From positions 332,320,001 to 332,384,000 of the forward strand of contig OZ024742.1 of NCBI GenBank assembly GCA_964016885.1: a stretch of 64,000 nucleotides of DNA, given 5' to 3'. The notes under the pieces are model-generated. The model saw nothing but the letters and a program-made list of their open reading frames with translations. It was not told the DNA's origin and made no database searches. Below, piece after piece: positions 39,310 through 52,034 of the stretch (the stretch's first letter is position 1; the number at the start of each line of letters is the position of its first letter). Source of the DNA: Eledone cirrhosa (lineage: Eukaryota). The translations under genes were made by a program, and so were the position numbers.

Positions 39310-39630
39310 TTTGAGAGATGGAACAATTGAGAGAGGGCGCTTGCCCAGGTGGTCAGGGTGGCCGTAGTCTTTTGTGTGGTTTTCGTCACGAGTAACCCTC
39401 GGAGGTTTCCCGCCTATTGGGGAATTTTTCATTGTTTCAATTTTCATTTTTATTGTTTATATATATATATGTTTCTATGTCCTTTTTCTTTCTTTTCTTA
39501 TATAAATAATGAAAATATTTACACGCTCAAAACCCACATCGTACCGTCATGTACCGTCCTGCGCCCTCTGTAATGTTTTTCTTGGTGTCAGCCCTTGTAG
39601 CCAATAAAGAAATCATTATTATTATTATTG

Positions 39631-40645
39631 TTCTTTGAGTCTCAGTCATTGATGTTAGTTAACTAGAAAGTTTGTTGAAATGAATATCAAGCCACTACCT
39701 GCAGCCTCAGATATTCAGGACGTATCGGAGTGTTCTTGCCAGCAATCATGCCTTCTGAAGCGTTGCAAAAAGCGTGGCGGGGCCAATTTTCTTTAACCAT
39801 CGCTGGAAACTTTTTGAGATAGTACCTAGTGCGCCTATGACAATCAGGACCACTTTGACTTCATGGCAGTTCCAAATCCTTTTTACCTCCCACTTTAAGT
39901 CCTGGTATCGGTTAATTTTCTCCCCCTCCTTCTCTTCCACACGTGTCGAATGGGCAGGCCACATCCACAATCAGTCACGATCTTTCTTCCTTGTCCAAAA
40001 CCACCAGGTCAGGTCTATTGTATTCCAGTTTCTTGTCCGTCTGTATCCTAAAATCCCACAGCACCTTCACCTGAACGTTTTCTATCACCGACTCTGGCTT
40101 ATGCTCATACCACTTCTCAGAATTTTTGTAAATTGTTTACTTTGCATAGGTGCCTGTGGATCACCCTGCCAATCACATCATGTCTCCAGCCCTTATAGTG
40201 AGGCTGGACTAGGTGTTTACACTCGGATACAATGTAAGCCACAGTCGCCTCTCTCTCTCCACAGATCCTACACAGTGGGCTAGCCTCCTTCTTGTAAATA
40301 TGATGGTTCAGCCACTTCGTTTTGGGAGCCTGTTCTTGCGCAGCCATTAGCATTCTTTCTGTAGCCTCTTTAGGGTCACCTCTTTTTAGTCAGTTCCATG
40401 TCTGTGGTTCACTAAATTCAGTTTTCTCAAAGAGGGTACTATGAAGGGATTTTTAATGAAGGTTGCTCTTCCTCCTTTTTGTTATTTCCTCCTTGGACAT
40501 CCCCTGGTCTATTGTCTTCTCGTTCAGTACAATTTTTGAGCATTGGCTCCCTACTGTCAGTCACGTATTTGTGCAGGTTGTTTTTCTCCATCTCAACGCA
40601 GTCCTCTATGCTGGTAAGACCTCTTCCACCTTCAGATCTCTTTAT
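39631..40645 (-). mobile_element. 5'-truncated R4/Dong-clade (restriction-like endonuclease) non-LTR retrotransposon
   Basis: The minus strand reads KRSEGGRGLTSIEDCV...MAAQEQA...CRICGEREATVAYIVSEC...RHD...LWDF...RPDLV...EKINRYQDL...IVIGALG. Both ends abut (TAA)n. Confidence 0.88.
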
Positions 40646-40663
40646 TATTAATATTATTATTAT

Positions 40664-43600
40664 TGGCGACCTACTTAGTAAATCGTATCATTGTGAGCTC
40701 CGCAAAGGTTTGTTATTTTCAGTTGTTTAAAATTGCCATTTATGGAAAATTTTTATTGTTAACTGTATATAAGTGCACATACATTGTTATCTGAAAAGGA
40801 CACCCACAAATATGGGGCCTTGAGCCCAAAATTTAAACTTTTATAATTATCAAACAAAAATGTTTCTTTGGAAAATCATGGATGACTCAGAGTTACTCCT
40901 TCCTCACAAACTAACACCTCACACCGACACCACCATTGTAAATATTACTACGTTTGCCAACACTAAAAATATAAGCAGTAGCAATATTTTAAATTTGTCT
41001 CATGCAGACATTCATTCCCCGCCATTACGAATGACTGCAGGTGTTAAAGCCGCCACCACCACGACCACCGCGACAATCCCCCCCCCCCATCACCACCACC
41101 ACCACGACAACCACCACCCCACCACCACCGCGACAACAGAAACAAAAGAAAAAAATAAATTAAATCGTGATATCGAAATGAATTCAACCAAAATGAAATC
41201 TTCCACACCGAACACCACTGACGCCACCACCACCACCACAACTGAAACTAAAATAAACAATAACAAAAATAACGATAACAACAACAACAATGAAATTAAG
41301 AAAACCACCCTGTGTTTGCCAGAGTAGCAAAACAGTGCGAAGCATTTCAGATAACTCAGGAGGAATTAGAAGAAGCCAAAAAAATGGTAAAGAAAGATGC
41401 GTACAGGGGCAGCCCCCCACCCCTCCCACACCTAATAAAATGGGGCATCGGCGCCTATGCACCGTGTCTTATAGAACAATTAACATAAAATCGCGCCGAG
41501 TGGAACGGGCATCCGTATCACAAATCCAAAAAGCTTTGGGACACGTATGGGCAAACAAAACCCACATCAGACGTGGGCAGAAATTTGGAACCGTGGACGT
41601 GTTCTTTGAAACACCACAGGAGGCTAGAGAACACTCCATGGCCCCATTAAGAAGTGACGACTTCACACTCGTCCCAAGCTATTGTGGCCAGAGACTCGTA
41701 AAGATCAGGGTTACTCACGTTCCACCGGCCATCGAAATTCCCTGGCTAATAGCGGCTGTCCTCGCCGGCATCGAAGCCAACACTAAGATAATCGAAATAG
41801 CGAAAGAAAAGCAGGAGAACTGGTCCGGATCTGGGATGGAGCTCCTGATCCAAGCGGAACAAAAAAGCATTGAGGAGATCCCAGAGGTAATAGACCTCAC
41901 TGACGGCAGCCACCTCACCTCACCGTAATCGTCGAGGGCAGAAGGCCTAGGTGTGTCGTTTGTGGTGAAGGAACCCACCTAAGGGCTTTCTGCCCTCGGG
42001 CTAAAAGGTTGAGGCCACCTCTCTTACCCACCTCAGTGACTCAACCATCAACACGACCAGCAGCAGAGATAGCAGCAACAACTGTAGCAGCAACAACAGA
42101 AGCAACTGTAAAAGCAACAACCCCAGCAACAGTAGCAAAACCAACACCACCACCACCCAACTCTTCAGAACTAGCACCGGCGCCTACACCATCTACCACG
42201 CCACAACCAAAACCAACGCCTGTGGAGAATTTTCCACTCCCCTGCCTATCACAACTGGAGACAGATTGTGACGACGAGGAGTAGGAAACGGTATCAGGAA
42301 AAAAGAAAAAAATTATCTTCCTTTCCCCCTCCAAAAACAAAATACAGAGGGAAACAAATAAACTATCAAACAAAAAAGTTAGGACAGATATATCCACACC
42401 AGCATCACCAACCCCATCACCACAAACACCAACACCATCACCATCATTAAGCCCAACACCACCATCACCAACACCACAAAAGTCACCAAAAAGCGAAACA
42501 GAAACAAACCCACAACAAACGCAAACAAAACAAAACAACCAAAACGATACACACTACACAGCTATAAATTTGAACAACAACCAATTATTACACTACACCC
42601 AACACAAAACCAGCATCACAGAAAAAGACTACACAACAAACAAAAGTTCACACCACCTCCACACATACAAATCACTCGCATCACACAGAAAACGTACAAG
42701 ACACTAAAACAAAAATTCCCCAAAGGCATCGGAGACTTCCGACAAACACTCTCCAGGAGGATTTATAAGGACATCCTTCCGGAGGAGGACACAAGCAGTG
42801 AGAAGGATGGACAAACCATCCTTCCTCTACAAGAAGTAAGGTAAGTGGTCTTTCCCATCTTTTCCACTCCATTTCAACATGACCTCACTCAGAATAGGCA
42901 GCATAAATGCGCGTGGCTTGGGGTCGTCATGGAAACAGGGCCACCTGCTCAACGAGTGGTGGTTTGCTCTGAAAAGAGCAATTAGAATAGAGTCACTAAA
43001 CATAGATGTAGTGGCCATCAGCGAGACCAGAATCTCCGAAGCACGGGCCTTCGCACCGATTTTCGGCGGCTACGATGTGTACGCATCTCCCAGCCGTACT
43101 GGATCGGGGGAGGGGTTGCTGTGATTTTTCGGAGAGGTTTGGATCTCGTTATATGGGCCATCTTCCTGGACCCGGATGGAAAGTTGGTGGTGCTGGACGT
43201 GACCAGCGGAGACGGGCAAGCTTTCAGGCTAGTGGCCGTCTATGCCCCGACAGGAGCAGGGCGGCCTGATTTCTTCCGGCGTCTGAAGACCTTTCTTGGA
43301 ACGTCCCACTCTTTAGTGTCAGTGGGCGACTGGAACGGGATCTTAGATGCTCACTGTGACTGTGTGGGATTAGCGGATAGGGGAGGAGGGTGCAAGAGCC
43401 TCACCAACCTGCTCAGGCGTTTTGAACTGTCTGACAGGTAACGATTGGACTTCCCGAATGTGCCAATGTGGACTTAGACAAATCTCATAGGGTCATCCAG
43501 ATCATATCTAGATAGAGTATGTTGTAGGGAAATAGATAGGTCTACCATAGGTTGTCCACAATTCAGGATAGTCAGCTACACGGACCACAAATTCGTGATC

Positions 43601-44013
43601 TGTGTGCTTGACTTATATAGGCTTTATAGACGAGGACCCGGCTACTGGAATCTAAACGCGTCCTTACCAGCGCGCAAGGCCTACAGAGACCGGATTAGCG
43701 AACTAGTTAAGCGTGCGTTGACGGGGCCATCGTCAACAACAAGTGGTGGTTTGCTCTGAAAAGAGCAATTAGAATAGAGTTCATTAGGTTTAGTAAGGCT
43801 TTAGCAATAGAGAAAAATAGAGCAGAGGGAGAAATAGTTAGAAAATTAGACGATGCGCTTAGGAAAGGCATCGCGACCGACGTACTTGCGGCGAAATTGG
43901 CCCTTGACTAATTCTTCAATGCAAAGCACGAAGGCTGCGTTGTCAGAGCTAGGGTGCGTGCTCTCAGACACGAGGGGACGAAAGCCGTTCAATGGGCCCG
44001 AATGGCGGAGGCG
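40664..44013 (+). mobile_element. Second Tx1/L1-group LINE (copy 2), decayed and 3'-truncated
   Basis: ORF1 is homologous to copy 1 (TVSYRT, QIQKALG, LVPSYCGQ, ENWSG, CVVCGEGTHLRAFC), with its stop TAA at 42842-42844. ORF2 starts at ATG 42879 and is collinear with copy 1 until about 44013. Confidence 0.9.
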
Positions 44014-44479
44014 CTGAATAGATACAATGCGCTCTTGCGAATTTAACTCATGAACTGGTGATCGGGAGTACAGTCCTTATCACTAAGCAACGCATATTTA
44101 CTCCCTCAAAATACAACACATAACAGGCAACTACACTATTATTGGCTGAAGAAATGTTTAACAAATCTGACCTATGCTACACTGATACAATAATACTACT
44201 CAAGCTAAGATTAGTTTTACTGACACTATAAAATGCACATTACAACCCACATCAAAGAATGCCAAAAGCTAGATACAGAACAATATTTGGATATAATGTT
44301 TTTCATAATCTAAGTACATGAATCTATAAATGTTGCTAGAACTTTATTTTCAAAAAGACAATTAGTACGCACTTTACATGAATACATGAATATGAATTAT
44401 GTTAAGACCAACTACAATTCTACGGCATACGTGCAAATTTCTACTCACAGCAAAAATGTATAACATTCAAAAACACATA

Positions 44480-44516
<37 letters not shown>

Positions 44517-44555
44517 ATGTGTGTCTTTATTTCTAAGTATGAAAAGAAATATAAT

Positions 44556-44750
44556 ATAATTGTTTCTGTTTTTGGCACAAGGCCAGCAATTATCCCTGTG
44601 CATTACTGGTACATTATTTTATCGACACCGTAAGGATGAAAGGCAATGTTAACCTCGGCAGGATTTGAACTCAGACCATAAAGGGGCGTAATTCTATGCT
44701 GCAAAGCATGGCGTCCGACCCTCTACTGATACTGCCAATCCACCGCCACC
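44556..44750 (-). mobile_element. SINE family A copy
   Basis: Reverse-complement match to 33429-33610. Confidence 0.85.
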
Positions 44751-45390
44751 AAGAAAAATAATATAATGTAATTATAGAAGAAACTTTACTGTAGGTAGTG
44801 GCGAGTAACTTCTTTCATACCGAGTCAGACATTTTCATATTAGAACGAAAGATAAATAAAGTGAGAGAGAAGCAGATTAAATCATATTATGGACGGAGAG
44901 AAGGAAAAAGACTGACATGGGTAAATGAAAGAGGAACTGTTAAAGAGTGGACATTTGATAGGAGAATCTGTGTGTGCGTCTGAGTGAAAATGTGTGTGTT
45001 TGTGCGAGAGAGAGGAAGAGAGAGAGAGAGAGAGTGAGAAAGAGAGAGGAGCTAGATATTGTAATTTCTAACTAGTCATCTGTCTAGTGTCAAAAATATG
45101 AAACAGGATCTATCAGTTATGCACCGTAACATCTACTTCCTATTTCGTTTAAACGGGGCAAAATGCATCAGTCTGGTACTTTGGTGCAGTTCTACAAATT
45201 CTGTCTTTTATCTGTCTTCGTCTTACTTTATTTCCTCTACCTATACTTCTTATATTTAGTCCTCCTCTTTTATATTACATCTTCTTCCTTCCTTACATTA
45301 ATTAATCATTATGTTTCAGATATGTAGATTAATGATAGGATGGAATAGGAGAGATATGCAAAAAGAGAATCGTGAAGGTTACGTCAATGA

Positions 45391-45890
45391 AAATAATTGT
45401 TTCTACTTTTGGCACAAGGCCAGCAATTACACAGTGTATTACTGGTACTTCAATGAAAATAAGGATCATTTTTAACACCCGTTCTCGTAATTATTTAAAT
45501 AATTGTTTCTACTTTTCGCACAAGGCCAGCATTTACCCAATGCATTGCAGGTACATTATTTTATCGACCCCATACGGATGAAAGGCCAAGTTAACCTCGG
45601 CAGAATTTGAACTCAGACCATAAAGGGCCGTAACTCTTTGCTGCTAAGCATGGCGTCCGACTCTACCGATAGTGCCAATCCACCGCCCTCAATGAAAATA
45701 ATTGTTTCTACTTTTGGCACAAGGCCAGCAATTACCCAGTACATTACTGGTACTTTATTTTATCGACTCCGTAAGGATGAAAGGCAAAGTTAACCTCGGC
45801 GGGATTTGAACTCAGACCATAAAGCGCCGTAACTCTTTGCTGCAAAGCATGGCGTCCGACCCTCTACCGATGCTGCTAATCCACCGCCCT
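45391..45890 (-). mobile_element. Tandem SINE family A copies (partial 45391-45450; full 45498-45690 and 45697-45890)
   Basis: Repeated AATTGTTTCTACTTTTGGCACAAGGCCAGCAATT...GTTAACCTCGGC...TTTGAACTCAGACC. Confidence 0.87.
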
Positions 45891-46239
45891 AAGAATACTT
45901 TAAATTTTAGATAAAGAAGATTGAAACCCTACCTCCAATCTATACATACATAACGTATGCATAGACACACCACTATTACCCACACGGCCACCTACAGAAT
46001 GAAAATAATGATCATTGTTAACACCCGCTCTCGTAATTATATACATTATAAAGAGTAAAGACCCCCATCGTTCAGGAATGACGATGGGATTTGCATCCAT
46101 TTTTTCTTCCGAAATTCTAGCCCTGTCACGATTGTTTTTGGAAGACTAGCAGTCACATCTATAAACGCCATACCAGTCTCACCTACCAACGCCAAAGATG
46201 TTCAAGGGAAAGGTAAAAAATGATACAACGGGGAATCAG

Positions 46240-46338
46240 TGATATCACAACTCATTTCTATAGCCGAGTGAACTGTAACAATTTGAAATAAAGTGTTTTG
46301 CTCAAGAACACCGCCTGATTCGGGAATCGAACTCACAC
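46240..46338 (-). mobile_element. Fragment of a second SINE family
   Basis: GCCGAGTGAACTG...GAAATAAAGTGTTTTGCTCAAG...GGGAATCGAACTC, which is a B box on the minus strand. Recognised from memory of mollusc SINEs. Confidence 0.5.
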
Positions 46339-46339
46339 C

Positions 46340-46975
46340 ACGGCAGGTCTTTGGGGAATCATGGGAGTATTGCCAAAGGGTGTATGCTTGTTTCGAAAAC
46401 CACGAAGAGGCACATGATAGCGTTCCAAGGGACCTGTTGTGGAAAGTTCCGCAGGTGTGTGGGATCGATAAATTTTTTTTTATTTTTTTGCGCAGATGCC
46501 TCTATGAAAAGGCCCTAGTATTTGTGTTCGTATCCTAAGTCAAAACATGAAATACTTTGCCAAGGGTACGTAATGTCACATCTCTTCATAATCTTCATGG
46601 ACAGGATTGATATGCGCAGCTGTGTTGGGAGAGTTATCAAGATTAACAGGTTTAGGATCAGTCGGTTGGAATTTGCAAACGACATGTTATTTTAATTGCC
46701 GAAAGATTATATCCTATATGCACTTCATAGGTTTGCTGCTGTATGCTGCGATGACACTCATCCTGTTAAGGAAAACTTTGTAGCGCACTATATATTAGTG
46801 GAGTGACAGTGAAGCTGGTGGAGAAATTCAAGAATCACGAAACGAGTGGTGGAAGGAATGAGGCTGAATTCAATATAGGAATTGTAAGAGCTTGAGCAGT
46901 AATGTGCCAGCTTCACCACGCGGTTATCCTGAAGAGGGAGGTAGGTGCGAATGCCAAACTCGCTATGTTCAATTC
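46340..46975 (+). mobile_element. Decayed RTE-clade LINE reverse-transcriptase fragment
   Basis: VYACFENHEEAHDSVPRDLLWKV, LFIIFMDRI, EFAND (degenerate FADD), VEKFK, AVILKRE. Confidence 0.7.
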
Positions 46976-47224
46976 GTTATTCGTTAAAAACTAATTATAT
47001 AAAATTCAGTTACGCGCCGCTCTGGAGGCTGGAAATTAGGGGTACTGGTAGCACCTACTGTGGTCGTAAGGTGGGAGCTGTTCTTGGATGCCGGCCAGGA
47101 TGTATATCAAGATACATTTCAGATATGCGAACAATTCTATAATGCGTAACAGTATTGATAACTAAGCAGAATATAATATTAACGCATGTAAGTATGAGTT
47201 ACAAATTATTGGCCTTTAGTGTGC

Positions 47225-47485
47225 TTGTAACCAGAGAACTGCATACGGTGGATGAAGTGTTGTATCTGTCTCTCTAGTTCTTTGGGGTTGCACATGCGCT
47301 TGCAGTATGTTGATTAAATCAACATACTGATTGCGGATTTAGTACGGGTGATGAGAAACGTGTCCCGCATGTGCAACCCCAAAGAACTAGAGAGACACAT
47401 ACAACACTTTATCCGACGTATGTAGTTCTCTGGTTACAATCAGAGAGATAAAATCAGAGTATATAGAGAAGCCAGAACCAAATGG
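47225..47485 (+). mobile_element. Penelope-like element fragment with an inverted duplication of part of its coding sequence
   Basis: 47330-47485 reads IADLVRVMRNVSRMCNPKELERHIQHFIRRM*FSGYNQRDKIRVY, matching the Penelope at 56466 (-). 47225-47298 is an inverted copy of 47366-47439. Confidence 0.8.
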
Positions 47486-47513
47486 AAACAAATGGTAAAT
47501 AATCCTACAGCGT

Positions 47514-47607
47514 GTAGTAGTAGTAAAGAGGTTCGTTGTTGTGATAATGGTCAGCAGGGATGTGTGTACGAACTGCAGCCTGTTGACAGTTCACATTCCT
47601 ATTAAGA

Positions 47608-47690
<83 letters not shown>

Positions 47691-48212
47691 CGAGTAATTC
47701 GTGGTAGCAGGATGGTCAGTAGGAATGTGTCTGTACGTGTGTGGGGGATATTTTAACATGTTAAAATATATTTTTCACAACAACGAACCTCTTTACTACT
47801 ACTACTACACACACACACATATTTGTTTTGAAAGACTTATTTTTCAGTGACTTCTCAATCATCCGACACAAACTTACATTTGGCGCAAAATCAATTTTTA
47901 CCATTCACATGACCTCTAACGACCAATAAAAATTGTTTTGACCACAAGAATTTTTGCAACACGAATTGGCGCGAAACTTATTTTAATACATCTGGAGCCC
48001 CTTTTTTCACATAAAACAGGTAGAATTTCCAAAACTAATCATATTAGAGCAAACACCACGGGCGTTCTATCTCAAAATTATTTTTGAAAAGCATTAGAAA
48101 TGCGCAGCCAAAACTGAATACTAACCAATACTTATTACTAATGTTTACTTATTCTTAATTAAACTATTTTTCACTGGGAATAATTTGTCAGCATTTTCTT
48201 TTCCATTTACCA

Positions 48213-48220
<8 letters not shown>
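47514..48220 (+). repeat. Non-coding interspersed repeat family B, copy with inverted 5' part
   Basis: 47775-48215 aligns to 61330-61770. 47514-47720 is the reverse complement of 61190-61350. Confidence 0.85.
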
Positions 48221-48261
<41 letters not shown>

Positions 48262-48379
48262 TATATGTATATGTATATGTATATATTATATATATATGTA
48301 TATATATATTCATATATATTCATATATATATATATATATATGGCTATATACATAAATATATATATATATAAAGATATAT

Positions 48380-48492
48380 GGAAAAAGTTTGACCCCGACG
48401 GCAGAGCTCAAGGTGTTTCGACGGTTATTTCTGGAGTCCAGAAATAGCCGTCGAGACCCCTTGAGGTCTGCCGTCGGGGTCAAACTTTTTCC
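48380..48492. repeat. Near-perfect palindrome with 56-bp arms and a 1-nt centre
   Basis: GGAAAAAGTTTGACCCCGACGGCAGA...TTTCTGGA-G-TCCAGAAA...TCTGCCGTCGGGGTCAAACTTTTTCC; 4 mismatches by manual alignment. Confidence 0.95.
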
Positions 48493-48625
48493 TATTATCC
48501 ACTCCACTACCCTAAGTATTGAGTAATCTGGTGTGTTATGGTCCATCTGGTTCCTTACCACACCTCCTTCGTTATAAATAAATAAATATATATATATATA
48601 CATATATATATATACATATATATAC

Positions 48626-48660
<35 letters not shown>

Positions 48661-48742
48661 CATATATGATACATATATGATATGTTGATTTAAAACTGCA
48701 CTATCAACAAGTGTTTTTTTTAGCCTTCATATCATGTTCTCC

Positions 48743-48813
48743 TGTTTTATCTGATGAAAACACAAATATTATTGTTTGATGATGTTTGTTTTTGAAATGC
48801 GCATAATAAAATA
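48743..48813 (+). ncRNA. Type I hammerhead ribozyme fold (minimal palindromic stem III)
   Basis: Stem I TTTTAT/ATAAAA, CTGATGA at 48751-48757, 16-bp stem II with one mismatch and a GTTT loop, GAAA at 48794-48797, ATGCGCAT palindrome, AUA cleavage triplet ending at 48805. Confidence 0.78.
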
Positions 48814-48847
48814 TATTGAACTCCTTTAACCATCTTTTGATCTTATA

Positions 48848-51051
<2,204 letters not shown>

Positions 51052-51251
51052 NNNNNNNNNNNNNNNNNNNNNNNNNNNNNNNNNNNNNNNNNNNNNNNNN
51101 NNNNNNNNNNNNNNNNNNNNNNNNNNNNNNNNNNNNNNNNNNNNNNNNNNNNNNNNNNNNNNNNNNNNNNNNNNNNNNNNNNNNNNNNNNNNNNNNNNNN
51201 NNNNNNNNNNNNNNNNNNNNNNNNNNNNNNNNNNNNNNNNNNNNNNNNNNN
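51052..51251. other. Assembly gap (200 N)
   Basis: Run of N. Confidence 0.99.
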
Positions 51252-51770
51252 ACACACACCACACACCACCACACCACACACACAACGACCACCTCACCAC
51301 ACTCACTAACACACAACACACACACTACGACACACACACACACACACACAACACACCAATCACACTCACACAACACCACACACACACATACACACCACGA
51401 CACACACTACACACACACACAGCACACACTACACACACACACACACTCACACACACAACACTCACACACACACCACAACACACACCATCACACACACACA
51501 CACTACCTACATAAAGCACACACAACACACACACCACAACACACACCAGCACAGTCAACACACACTCACACCACACTCACACACCACTCACCACACCACT
51601 ACACACACACATAGCACACAACACTCTCACCACACACACCACCTCGACCCACTACACCACCACAACCAACACACACTGCACACACACACTACTACTACAC
51701 GAAACACACTACACATACTCAGTACACTCTCACCACACACACTCTACCTCAACTCTCAAAACAACGACAA
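51252..51770. repeat. Irregular (AC)-rich repeat, probably a low-quality contig end
   Basis: Degenerate (CA)n with frequent indels immediately after the gap. Confidence 0.8.
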
Positions 51771-51791
51771 ATGAATGAAACGCAGACTCAC

Positions 51792-52034
51792 CCCGGCCAC
51801 AAGACGCCTTATTCAATTCAGCCCCCATAAAAAATACACATATGAAGAGAGTTTCAAATAAAACACATAACACATAACCTAATAGAAAAATACAATATTT
51901 CAGCAGACGACAGGCTTAAGGTGCGGTATATGGTGACGACGGCAAGCTGCCACGTCAGAGATTCGTTTGGGAACGGAATACTTTGTTGTGTGACCTCAGC
52001 TTAGACCCCGTAACATTAACGACAGCCATGATGT
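51792..52034 (-). pseudogene. Candidate exon encoding the N-terminus of a type II membrane or signal-anchored protein, with two in-frame stops
   Basis: TTTAG acceptor, ATCATGG start at 52029, MAVVNVTGSKLRSHNKVFRSQTNL*RGSLPSSPYTAP*ACRLLKYCIFLLGYVLCVLFETLFICVFFMGAELNKASCGR, phase-1 donor GG|GTGAGT at 51791. Confidence 0.45.

Larger units (their letters stand above)
33653..39614 (+). mobile_element. Full-length, decayed Tx1/L1-group non-LTR retrotransposon (copy 1)
   Basis: 5'UTR, ORF1 with a CCHC knuckle, ORF2 with APE endonuclease, RT and a C-terminal Cys/His motif, and AATAAA at 39603-39608. Flanked by the 18-bp direct repeat ATTATTATTATTATTGTT (33635-33652, 39615-39632). Confidence 0.9.

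Noticed and set aside
33864-39447. Minus-strand ORFs over the LINE (e.g. 33864-34505, 34885-35703, 36998-37732)
   Set aside because: These are antisense shadows of ORF1/ORF2 and low-complexity tracts, with no recognisable motifs.
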